Below, piece after piece: positions 9,505 to 18,751 of a stretch of DNA of 64,000 nucleotides; positions within the stretch are counted from its first letter, which is position 1; the number at the start of each line of letters is the position of its first letter. A program made the translations under genes and the position numbers. Below the pieces are notes generated by a model. It worked only from the letters and a program-made list of their open reading frames with translations. It was not told the origin of the DNA and ran no database searches. The stretch is from the NCBI GenBank assembly GCA_001464585.1, contig LNFF01000031.1, positions 67,148 through 131,147 on the forward strand. Reading direction: 5' to 3'. This stretch comes from Gammaproteobacteria bacterium Ga0077554 (GTDB lineage Bacteria > Pseudomonadota > Gammaproteobacteria > Ga0077554 > Ga007554).

Positions 9505-9807
9505 TGCTGCGTTCTCCAAAAAACCTGTAGTGTTATTTTGGGAGTGATTTTACTATGAAAACACGTGATCGGGGGGTGTGATATGCAAAATTTTGATTCC
9601 CATCCCTACAGGGCCAATAAGAAATCACTTGCGTCAATAATGCGGGGTAGACCACAGGAAGAAAAGGGGGATGGCAACCAATACAACCTCATGGTTGCGA
9701 AGACGTTCTTGCTGTTCATGGAAGCAGGAGGTGATCTGTAGGGTTCCTTATTATTTGCAAAAACTAATCTCTGCCTGCACTGAACATTTTAAAGAAAACA
9801 ATATTTA

Positions 9808-12282
9808 CTATTTATTTCTCTTCAATTTAAGCGGTTTATCCAGCTTGATTTTAATAAATTCACTGTCATCTGGCCTGGCTGGATCGAGGTGGCGACCCAC
9901 ACTGAACGGATAATTATTGTCATTGATCACGCCAATGGTATTTTTATCCAGCACCACTACATCTTCAATAGTGACAAAAGGAAAGGCAAAGTTAAATCCT
10001 GTGCCAATATCGCCGGGCTGTACTGGAAAGCTCAGATGATGTGGATCCTTGATATTCATCAGGTCGACGACTTCTTCTTTTTCAAGATATACGCCTGCAT
10101 CATCCATTTCGACCTTGAAAATCTTTTTGAAGCCATTCAAATCACCCTGGCTACCGTCACGCTCAATCACCAATCCCTCTTCTTCATTAAAAAGAATGAA
10201 ATCACCGATATTGGTACCGCGTGCATCCAGACGGTATTTGAACTGCCTGCCGGTGTAGGCCCGATCTTTAATATTGAACTCATGGATCAGCAGCGTTTTG
10301 GTATCATCACCTGCCAGTGGACGTTCCAGCAGAGGATAAAGCTTCTTGCCATTGCTGGATAGCGCCATGCCTTCAAACCCACCGCTACGCTCCACACGGA
10401 ACGGCGTGGCGTCTTTGGTTACACGATATGGCCAGGACAGGCCAGCCAACCATGGCGTATTACTGCCATGTTCATCTTGCAGATTGGTACCATCATCCGA
10501 CCCGGCGATGGAGGTATCTGCATAAATGGGAAAGTCACCGAAAAGAAATACGGTGCGAATCGCCGGATAGTGCTTGTGCACATGCAGCAAGGTACGGAAA
10601 TCAAAAGACTGTATATCAGCACGCGCTTCCAGACCATTGGTGGAAATCACTCCCGCCACTGCCGCTGTGAAGGGGCCATGTTCCGCCGTGCGATCAGCAA
10701 ATTCGCCACGCGGATTGGTTTTTGTTTCGATGTTATAACGTACTTTCTCGGCGTTTTTCCAACGTACACTGGCATCGGTATGGCTGCTACCGGGGCCGGT
10801 TTTATAATACGTAATGTAGAAATTAACGAAATCAAATAGCTGTTGCGTAGATGGCATGACATACGGATGCATCAAGCCGTGATGGGCGGCGAAAGCTACA
10901 GCTACCGGCGACATCGCCAAGTTGTTGGTTTGCTCTGGTCCGCGAAACACCTTGTCGCAAATAAATTGCGATTGTATCTGTGCCTGGGTTAGATCTTTAA
11001 CCAGCACTTGATCCGCCACGGTGTAGGGTGCACCATCTGCGCGGCGACATTTTTGTGCCTCAATATGCGGATCATGATCCAGCATGGGCACGGCGTCGGC
11101 ACTCACACCGTTATCTGTCTCCAAAGTAGTCATCAGATAGTCAAGCGCGGCTTCCATGGCCGGAAGTGTGTTTTCCGGGCGCAAATTGCGCGCGCCGCGA
11201 TGGCCTTGCGCGTCAAGCTTGTTGATGCTTATCAAACCATCGGCATTCAGAAAATCGCCGTGTATACCATCGCCATTGGCATCAAACTCGCGCGCGGCCT
11301 GTAACAGTAGATCAGGGCGGTCGGAGATGATGCCGTTTACACCGAGCTTCATCAGCTCCAGCATGCGCGCCTTGTCGTTGACCGTCCAGGTCACCACCGG
11401 AAAGCCCGCGCTCTGAATGGATTTGATATTGAATATTTCGCTGGATGCAGCGGCAAGACCCGACCCAGCAGGTGGCGTTTTTCGGTTTTCCACAAACGTA
11501 TTAGCATTGTTGTCATCCAGCATCACATGCCAGGGGGAAAATACTACTTTTCGGTTTGCACCATGCGCATTGGCGTGTGCACGCACGGCGTTCATAACAC
11601 GTACTGCGCTACTTTCTTCACTCAAGGGATTTTGTGGGGAACGTAATTCTTTGCCAGGATTTGAAAAATCCGGCAAGGCAATCGGCGCTTCCAGTACCTT
11701 TCCCCTGGCATCGGCATGAATCAGAAACGGCCCAAATTCCTCACCAAACCAGAGCGTGCCATCTGCTGCCTTCTGCATGGATTCAATGTCAAAGTCCGCA
11801 CCCGTCAGCACACGTTTTTCGGAAAAATGATGGGTAATGGCAAAGGGGATTTTACGGTCAGGATCGTGTAACTCAAAAAACCCCAACACATCTACGCTTC
11901 CATCACCGCGTTGCCTGGCATCACCGCGTTGCCTGGTGTTACCGCCTTGTTTGGTCTTGAAGTGCGGGCGAACATGATAAACACGCAAATGATAATCGGC
12001 GGAGTTTTCCAGACTGCCGAAACCATTGTCTGACATGACCAGGAATGTACCGTCCTGGTTATTATGGACAGCAGAAAACCCTTGCACGGGTTGCTTGTTG
12101 ACAAAAGGTGCGCTAACGCCATTGGCGCCACCGCCAATAAATTGTCCCGATGTGGGGCCAGATGCAAACGTGCTTGCTGGCAATACCGCACGACCCTCTA
12201 GCTTATCTGCGGCAATGCCCTGCGCGGGAATCCCCATCGCCAACATTATCAACAAATACCGTTTGTTTCTTTTGCCAATCAT
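9808..12282 (-). CDS. Secreted phytase-like (esterase-like) protein with an inserted glycerophosphodiester phosphodiesterase domain
   Basis: Signal peptide; phytase-like motifs SDNGFG, DFDIES, EEFGP, GFEGMA, NDNNYP; GDPD motifs HRG...PENT, IQSFD, WTVN, GIISDRP. Start at ATG 12282 (GGAGG RBS). Confidence 0.85.
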   Translation of the reverse strand: MIGKRNKRYLLIMLAMGIPAQGIAADKLEGRAVLPASTFASGPTSGQFIGGGANGVSAPFVNKQPVQGFSAVHNNQDGTFLVMSDNGFGSLENSADYHLRVYHVRPHFKTKQGGNTRQRGDARQRGDGSVDVLGFFELHDPDRKIPFAITHHFSEKRVLTGADFDIESMQKAADGTLWFGEEFGPFLIHADARGKVLEAPIALPDFSNPGKELRSPQNPLSEESSAVRVMNAVRAHANAHGANRKVVFSPWHVMLDDNNANTFVENRKTPPAGSGLAAASSEIFNIKSIQSAGFPVVTWTVNDKARMLELMKLGVNGIISDRPDLLLQAAREFDANGDGIHGDFLNADGLISINKLDAQGHRGARNLRPENTLPAMEAALDYLMTTLETDNGVSADAVPMLDHDPHIEAQKCRRADGAPYTVADQVLVKDLTQAQIQSQFICDKVFRGPEQTNNLAMSPVAVAFAAHHGLMHPYVMPSTQQLFDFVNFYITYYKTGPGSSHTDASVRWKNAEKVRYNIETKTNPRGEFADRTAEHGPFTAAVAGVISTNGLEARADIQSFDFRTLLHVHKHYPAIRTVFLFGDFPIYADTSIAGSDDGTNLQDEHGSNTPWLAGLSWPYRVTKDATPFRVERSGGFEGMALSSNGKKLYPLLERPLAGDDTKTLLIHEFNIKDRAYTGRQFKYRLDARGTNIGDFILFNEEEGLVIERDGSQGDLNGFKKIFKVEMDDAGVYLEKEEVVDLMNIKDPHHLSFPVQPGDIGTGFNFAFPFVTIEDVVVLDKNTIGVINDNNYPFSVGRHLDPARPDDSEFIKIKLDKPLKLKRNK
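11901..11936. repeat. 18-bp tandem duplication inside the phytase-like gene
   Basis: (catcaccgcgttgcctgg)x2, giving RQRGDA-RQRGDG. Confidence 0.85.
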
Positions 12283-12347
12283 ATTCACCTCCCAAAGATT
12301 GTGAGTTTCTGAATCGTAAATCATCCAGAAAAAATCCTAGCAAGTAA

Positions 12348-12378
12348 ATATGGCAAGATGATGAAGGTTTCGTGAAGC
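12348..12378 (-). promoter_or_regulatory. Pho-box-like direct repeats
   Basis: Minus-strand TTCAC / TTCAT / GCCAT half-sites at 11-bp spacing upstream of a phosphoester-scavenging gene. Confidence 0.5.
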
Positions 12379-12621
12379 AATTGCGTCACTGAATTTTTAG
12401 AGTATGGTACACACAACTACCATTAAACCAGTGGGTGTTACTTGAACATGAACCCAATCAATTAATTATTATGTGCTGGAACCCGCCATTTTTCATAGGT
12501 TTCAATAGCGTGTACTCGTTGAAACTATCCGCCTGAACTTTTGAACTAAATGGCAGCCCCCTATGCCTTATAAAAATCGGAATCATTGAAGATAACCCTG
12601 ACATTGCGAACTTATCCAGGA

Positions 12622-13848
12622 CTATCTCAAACTCTTCGAATCCACCACTCGCTGAATCACCGCAACCGCTTCATCAATCTGCTCTTTGGTGACGACCAGC
12701 GGCGGCGCCAGACGCACGACGGTACCATGTGTATCTTTACTCAACACGCCACGGCTCATCATTTCTTCGCAAACATCACGCGCAGTACAATAGACTGGAT
12801 CAATCTCGACACCAATCAGCAGTCCCTTGCCGCGCACCGCCTTGATAAGTGGGCTGTGCAAGGTGCGCAAGCGTTCCATGAAATACTCACCTAACGTCGC
12901 AGCACGACCAATCAGGTCTTCCTCGACCAATACATTGAGCGCTTCCAGCCCCACGGCGGCGGCGAGAAAGTTGCCGCCAAAGGTGCTGCCATGATCACCG
13001 GGATTAAACACGCCCATCACTTCCTTGCGCGCCAGAAACATTGAGACAGGCAATAAACCACCGCCGATAGCTTTACCTAAAATAACGCCATCAGGTTTAA
13101 CGCCGTCATGCTCGCACGCCAGCAAGCGTCCAGTGCGCCCCAGGCCGGTTTGCACTTCATCGCAAATCAACAGAACATTGTGCTCACGGCAAATACGTGC
13201 ACACTCTGCCAGATAACCGGGCGGTGGCACGACGATGCCGCCTTCACCCTGGATGGGTTCTACTAAAAAAGCCGCAGTATTCGGCGTAATTGCAGCGCGC
13301 AAGGCGGCGGCGTCGCCATACGGCACATACTTGAACCCGGCAGGAAACGGGCCAAAACCGTCACGGTATTGCGGCTCGGTGGACATGCCGACAATAGCGA
13401 TGGTGCGGCCATGAAAATTGCCGTTGCACACGATAATTTCAGCCTGATCTGCCGCGACCCCTTTTACTTTGTACGCCCACTTGCGCACGGTCTTCAACGC
13501 GGTTTCCACCGCCTCTGCGCCGGTATTCATGGGAATGGCAAGATCCTGGCCGGTGAGCGTGCAGGCGCGTTCCAGAAATGGCCCCAGCGTATCACTGTAA
13601 AACGCACGCGAGGTAACCGCCACGCGACCCAACTGGCGTGTCAACGCCGCGACCAGGCGCGGGTGTAAATGGCCGTGGCTTACCGCCGAATAGGCGCTCA
13701 TCATGTCGAGATAACGCTTGCCTTTATCATCCCACACATATACACCTTCGCCACGCACTAACATCACCGGCAAGGGCTCATAGTTATGGGCGCTGTAACG
13801 GCGTTCCAGATCCATCGGGCTCATCTTTGAAGCCATCTTTGGGTTCAT
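12622..13848 (-). CDS. rocD: Ornithine--oxo-acid aminotransferase
   Basis: AHNYEPLP, YSAVSHGH, MNTGAEAVETA, NFHGRT, DEVQTGLGRTG, HGSTFGGN. Confidence 0.92.
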   Translation of the reverse strand: MNPKMASKMSPMDLERRYSAHNYEPLPVMLVRGEGVYVWDDKGKRYLDMMSAYSAVSHGHLHPRLVAALTRQLGRVAVTSRAFYSDTLGPFLERACTLTGQDLAIPMNTGAEAVETALKTVRKWAYKVKGVAADQAEIIVCNGNFHGRTIAIVGMSTEPQYRDGFGPFPAGFKYVPYGDAAALRAAITPNTAAFLVEPIQGEGGIVVPPPGYLAECARICREHNVLLICDEVQTGLGRTGRLLACEHDGVKPDGVILGKAIGGGLLPVSMFLARKEVMGVFNPGDHGSTFGGNFLAAAVGLEALNVLVEEDLIGRAATLGEYFMERLRTLHSPLIKAVRGKGLLIGVEIDPVYCTARDVCEEMMSRGVLSKDTHGTVVRLAPPLVVTKEQIDEAVAVIQRVVDSKSLR

Positions 13849-14747
13849 CGGCCACCTCCTGTAAAAAACTCTTCAATCAAACGCGTAATTACCCGCGCCG
13901 TTTTATCATCATGATCTCGCGCAGGATTAAATTCGGCAATTTCAATACCCAGTAAACCGGGCTTGGCAGACAGCGGCGCCAACGCTTGCAGTAAATCAGC
14001 CGCAGCGATACCGCCAGGCTCGGGCGAGCCTACGCCGGGGGCATCGAGAGGATCAATTGCATCCAAATCTATCGAGACGCCAAACCGCGTTGTGCCCCGC
14101 GAAATCAATTCATACGCTTCGTTCATCACCGTCGACAAACCGCGCTCGCGCACTTCATCCATGAAATATACCCGTACTTTATGCTGCCGCAAAAACGCGG
14201 CTTCAGTAGATTCGTAACTGCGCACGCCGATCACGCATACATGTTCAGCGAATAATTTCGGGCCAGCAAATTGCACGCTACTCAGACGCGCATCACCATA
14301 GCCCAGTAAACTGGCCAGCGGCATGCCATGCACTGCACCGCTGGTACTGGTCTCGGGGGTATGGCTGTCCATATGCGCGTCGATCCAGATCAACCCCAAT
14401 GGACGGCGATTAGGCAGGGTCGCTACGGCGCCACTCCAGGTGCCAATCGCACAGGAATGATCGCCACCCAGCACCGCAAACGGCGTACCCGCCTGCATCG
14501 CAACCATGACTTCTGCGGCAAGTCGTTGGCATAAATCGGCAATGACATCATAGGCGTCCGTCAGCAGCGGGGTTTGCTGCGGATATAAAATAGCCTGCCA
14601 CACCGCCTCGCAACCAGCGGCGCACAAGGTGCGCTGCAAACCCATACCGCGTAACAACTCCGGCCCCACGCCACAACGTGGATCCCGTGCGCCCAAACCC
14701 GAAGCAGCGCCCAGCAATCGCAGATGAGGGTATAGCGTGGTAGACAT
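13845..14747 (-). CDS. rocF: Arginase
   Basis: GGDHS, DAHMD, HGMP, SIDLDAIDP..APG, EFNP. Confidence 0.9.
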   Translation of the reverse strand: MSTTLYPHLRLLGAASGLGARDPRCGVGPELLRGMGLQRTLCAAGCEAVWQAILYPQQTPLLTDAYDVIADLCQRLAAEVMVAMQAGTPFAVLGGDHSCAIGTWSGAVATLPNRRPLGLIWIDAHMDSHTPETSTSGAVHGMPLASLLGYGDARLSSVQFAGPKLFAEHVCVIGVRSYESTEAAFLRQHKVRVYFMDEVRERGLSTVMNEAYELISRGTTRFGVSIDLDAIDPLDAPGVGSPEPGGIAAADLLQALAPLSAKPGLLGIEIAEFNPARDHDDKTARVITRLIEEFFTGGGR

Positions 14748-14925
14748 AACGGCCTCTGTATATGAGGTTATCGGCCGGGTAAGCTCAAGTAATTAGACAC
14801 CTCATCTGCTGTGAAATTCATATTAAAAAATCATGATTTACAAAAACTGTGACGCACTTAACGGTAATTTTCATAGCGCCGCCTTACACTGGCTATACCC
14901 AATAATTTTTTAAGGAGCGGCCGCC

Positions 14926-15306
14926 ATGCACACAAAAATATCAAGCTCACTCTACCTCTGGATTCTCGCTCTCAGCATGGCCTCGCCCGTGATGGCTGGC
15001 GAGGCCGTTGACGCCTTGGACAGCGCCCGCGCGGGTGATTACACCCAGGCTGCCGCCGCCATTAAACCTCTGGCGATTGGCGGCAATCCACAGGCGCAGT
15101 TCAATCTTGCCCTGCTGTATCACAGCGGCGCGGGCATCAGCCAGAATGAAGTCGCGGCAGTTGTGTGGTATCACAAAGCCGCCGAAAACGGCTCTGTAGA
15201 AGCCCAGGAATTTTTAGCGGCGGGTTATGCAGAAGGCTGGTTTGGCTTAAAACGTGATGTGGAAAAAGCGAAATACTGGGATACACAATCTCAATCAAGT
15301 CATTGA
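14926..15306 (+). CDS. Exported Sel1-repeat protein
   Basis: Signal peptide; AQFNLALLY..G.G, A..WY.KAAE.G...A. Confidence 0.85.
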   Translation: MHTKISSSLYLWILALSMASPVMAGEAVDALDSARAGDYTQAAAAIKPLAIGGNPQAQFNLALLYHSGAGISQNEVAAVVWYHKAAENGSVEAQEFLAAGYAEGWFGLKRDVEKAKYWDTQSQSSH

Positions 15307-15350
15307 CGATTTATAGATAAATTTATACACGTAAGCCAGGATAGCTTTCT

Positions 15351-16289
15351 CTATACTGGCTTTTTTGCACGTGCCACCGGCATGTTCTTGCCCACCGCCA
15401 CAATCACTACCATGATCACCGCAAATACCAGTATTGTCCCCGTCACTGATTCACCAAACAACAGGCCAGCCGCTGCCAGTGTTAAAAACGGCTGTAAAAG
15501 CTGTATTTGCCCCACCCGCGCCACACCGCCCAGCGCCATGCCGTGATACCACAAAAAAAATGCCAGCCACTGGCTGATCACACTCACATAGCCAAACCCC
15601 AGCCACGCTGACCACGGCACATTAAAATCCTGCCGCCACGCTACCCATCCCACTGGCACCAGCAGCAGCGGTGCCGCGATCACCAGTGCCCAGCAGATCA
15701 CCTGCCATCCCCCCAGGATATGCGCCAGCCGCCCGCCTTCGGCATATCCCAAAGCCACAGCGGCAACACCTGCCAATAACAACAAATCGGCCACCTGCAA
15801 CTGCCCTGCGCCGGAAATGAACGCAAATGTAATCACCACTGCACCGCCCAGTATACTGGTCAGCCAGAATCCCAGCGAGGGTCGCTCGCCCGTGCGAAAT
15901 ACCGCTGCAAGGGTGGTTGCCAGTGGCACGATGCCAATCACGATTGCGGCGTGTGCGGCAGGTACATCACGCATCGCCCAAGATGATAACAACGGGAAAC
16001 CGACAATCGCACCCGCAACCACAATCAGCAAGCCCTTGAGGTGCTGGCGTGCAGGCCATGCCTGCCGCGTCACTGCCAATAACATCGCCGCCAGCACAGC
16101 GGCCACCAACGCCCGCCCCAATCCCACCAGCACCGGGTCAAAATGCGCCACTGCCACCCGCGTAGCGGGCAAGGTGAGGCTAAACCCAACCACGCCCCAG
16201 AAACCATACCACAGCCCACGCGTTTCCGTAATGATTGCAGCGCTTTTCATACAGCTATCCTCATCAAACACATATTTATAAATAGCCAA
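15351..16289 (-). CDS. DMT/EamA-family transporter
   Basis: About ten hydrophobic segments; FSLTLPATR and GGVARVGQIQLLQP. Start may be at 16250. Confidence 0.88.
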   Translation of the reverse strand: MAIYKYVFDEDSCMKSAAIITETRGLWYGFWGVVGFSLTLPATRVAVAHFDPVLVGLGRALVAAVLAAMLLAVTRQAWPARQHLKGLLIVVAGAIVGFPLLSSWAMRDVPAAHAAIVIGIVPLATTLAAVFRTGERPSLGFWLTSILGGAVVITFAFISGAGQLQVADLLLLAGVAAVALGYAEGGRLAHILGGWQVICWALVIAAPLLLVPVGWVAWRQDFNVPWSAWLGFGYVSVISQWLAFFLWYHGMALGGVARVGQIQLLQPFLTLAAAGLLFGESVTGTILVFAVIMVVIVAVGKNMPVARAKKPV

Positions 16290-16347
16290 GTTACGCCGAG
16301 GGCAAGCGCCAGCACAGACTCAAAACCGGGAATATGATACGTTACAG

Positions 16348-16403
16348 CGTACCTCTATTATAAATCCGCTGAAGCTGCGATGGTGGATTTATAGAGGTGC
16401 CCT
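16348..16403. repeat. Imperfect intergenic palindrome (REP-like)
   Basis: acctcta(tta)taaatcc ... ggatttatagaggt. Confidence 0.5.
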
Positions 16404-16667
16404 ACAGTTTTGTAAAAAATATAAATGTAATCATCCTGTCACATTGAAGATGTGTTTTACTTAACCCTTCCCAGCTATCATTTTTACGCACCTGCACATC
16501 CATGGAAAGCATAGGCGGGTACCTTGATTTTATCCATAAATTACAGGATATCGCAGCAACGCTACTGCATGAAAATTTTGAACGGGTATTAAAATGATTT
16601 ACAATTTTAGCACGAGTGAAGTAAAGCATAATGCTGCGGTGAGCCAACGCCTTGTGGACTAAATATC

Positions 16668-17618
16668 TTATTCGCGGTAGATGGTGACCCGATTTCGACC
16701 GTTGGCTTTGGATTGATAGAGCGCAGTATCCGCCCGCCGGATCAATTCTTCGTAGCAGGGAATACCGGGCACCCATTGTGACACACCCAGGCTGATGGTA
16801 ACGGGCAACGCCAAATCACCGAAGGTTATGGGGTTGGATCCCATGGCATGGCATAAACGCTCGGCAACGATTAAAGCGCCCTCCAGGGGCGTCTCCGGGA
16901 GCACAACGGCAAATTCTTCGCCGCCATAGCGGGCAAAAGTGTCGACATCACGCAGACATTCGCGCAGGCGTTTGGCAGTATTGCGTAACACTTCGTCCCC
17001 CGCCAAATGACCATGGACATCATTGACGCGTTTGAAGTGGTCGATATCAAGCATGATCAGCGACATCATACTGCCATAGCGTTGCGCGCGGCTGAACTCC
17101 TTATTCACTAGCTCTTCCAGATAGCGGCGGTTGTGGATCCCGGTCAGACCATCGCGATTGCTGGCCTCGGCGAGCGATTTCAAGGCGCTTCTGAGCATGC
17201 GTTGCGTGATACTGGTATCGGTCACATCGAAGAGCGTAATACACACATAGGCAACTTCATCATCTGCGTCTTTCATCGGCAGAAAGGTGCAGTTTTGGTA
17301 CATGGCGTCAATGCCGCCGGTCACAGGACGGTTGTGGCGAAAGTGAAACAAATAAGGCCGTTGTTCCCACGAAGTGAAGGAAAAATTCTTGATCACAAAA
17401 ACATTCGTGATTTTACGTTGCAGCCAGGTAACCGGTAATTCCGGGAAACTCTCGAACAGATTATGGCCCACCACCTCAGCAGCGGAACGACCACTGTTGG
17501 TTTCCATGAAGCGATTCCACAGCACGACATTCATGTCACGATCAACAACGAAAACGCCGACACTCACCCGGTCAACGATGAAGCCAAGCAATTCCGGTGA
17601 TGGCGTGGGGCGATCCAT
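16668..17618 (-). CDS. PAS-GGDEF diguanylate cyclase
   Basis: N-terminal PAS-like region; DIDHFK.VND..GH..GD, RxxD I-site (RDVD), RYGGEEF. Confidence 0.92.
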   Translation of the reverse strand: MDRPTPSPELLGFIVDRVSVGVFVVDRDMNVVLWNRFMETNSGRSAAEVVGHNLFESFPELPVTWLQRKITNVFVIKNFSFTSWEQRPYLFHFRHNRPVTGGIDAMYQNCTFLPMKDADDEVAYVCITLFDVTDTSITQRMLRSALKSLAEASNRDGLTGIHNRRYLEELVNKEFSRAQRYGSMMSLIMLDIDHFKRVNDVHGHLAGDEVLRNTAKRLRECLRDVDTFARYGGEEFAVVLPETPLEGALIVAERLCHAMGSNPITFGDLALPVTISLGVSQWVPGIPCYEELIRRADTALYQSKANGRNRVTIYRE

Positions 17619-18232
17619 TACACCGCTGCCATGAGACGCTCCAGCGACTCCCGCAGTGACTCAATGCCCTCTTCGGCCATGAGGATCAGTAAATGGCTTT
17701 TGAAGTTACTGTTTTCGAGAGTGAAATTGACCTCAACCAGCAGACTGTATTCCCAGGCCAAATTTTCTGGCACCAACACCCTATCCAGCGACGCGTATTC
17801 AGCCATGATGGAGGGCGGATAAAAACTGATATCGGCCTGGAGTTGCGCTCCGATGCCACTGATGCAAGCGCCGATCAGGATATTGCCGACATCAAGCAGC
17901 AACTCTTGTTCGCCGAGGGCGTCCAGATCGGTGGCGTAGCCCATGAGTACAGCAAGATCCAGACAGCCACTGGCGCCAAACAACACAATAGCCTCGCCGC
18001 GCAGGTGATCGTAAAACGATTGGCGCACGGCGGTGATGGCTTCGCGATCATTCACCATGGCGCGAACAGTCTTGACGATTTCCGAAACATGCACCAGACG
18101 AATGCGGGGCACTGAGAGTTCGACGAACACGTCCAGGGTACGCGCCAAACGGTCACCCGCCTGCCCCATGGCGATATTGACGACTTCCTGCAGGGCATCC
18201 GATTGGTCGGTGGTCAGTGGTGCTATGCTCAT
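17618..18232 (-). CDS. CheC-like phosphatase
   Basis: DALQEVVNIAMGQA and ELLLDVGNIL (E/D-xx-N motifs). Confidence 0.8.
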   Translation of the reverse strand: MSIAPLTTDQSDALQEVVNIAMGQAGDRLARTLDVFVELSVPRIRLVHVSEIVKTVRAMVNDREAITAVRQSFYDHLRGEAIVLFGASGCLDLAVLMGYATDLDALGEQELLLDVGNILIGACISGIGAQLQADISFYPPSIMAEYASLDRVLVPENLAWEYSLLVEVNFTLENSNFKSHLLILMAEEGIESLRESLERLMAAV

Positions 18233-18594
18233 AGTATCCCGTAGTCCTTCAATACCTTCGCCACTTGTTCAGTGCTGACTGGTTTCTTGAGAAACGCGAT
18301 AGCACCCATCGACCGCACCCGCTCCTGGGCCTTGGGTTGGATGTCGGCAGAAACCACGATCACAAAACTGTTCAGCCCTTCACGCTTTAAATGTTCCAGC
18401 ACCTCGTAGCCATCCATAACCGGCATGGTCAAATCCAGGAACATGACATGCGCCTTGCCGGCGCGGCAGGCGTCCAAAGCCTCCACACCATTGGACGCCT
18501 GCGTGACTTCAACATTCCAGTCCGGCGGCAATGCTTTGATTATCAGCTTACGCGACAACGAGGAATCGTCGACTATAGTGACCGGTGTTGACAT
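18229..18594 (-). CDS. Single-domain response regulator (CheY-like)
   Basis: IVDDS, FLDLTMP.MDG, VSAD, FLKKP. Confidence 0.92.
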   Translation of the reverse strand: MSTPVTIVDDSSLSRKLIIKALPPDWNVEVTQASNGVEALDACRAGKAHVMFLDLTMPVMDGYEVLEHLKREGLNSFVIVVSADIQPKAQERVRSMGAIAFLKKPVSTEQVAKVLKDYGIL

Positions 18595-18751
18595 TCAGAT
18601 AGACCCCGTCCTTAGTGAAATTCCAGTGTAGACACAATCCTGGCAAACCTCTATGTGCATAGGTAACGGCTTCATCCCAAAAAAGTTGAGCGGGTCTGTC
18701 CAGCCCCATACGCATTTGCGCCAGGTCCTATCCCACTGTTGCCCACCGTTA

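Noticed and set aside
9671..9913. 80-aa ORF downstream of the phytase-like gene
   Set aside because: No motif, and it overlaps the convergent gene; unsupported.
16485..16510. Possible further mini-element relic (catggatgtgcaggtg on the minus strand)
   Set aside because: Only ~15 nt of similarity and no second hairpin.
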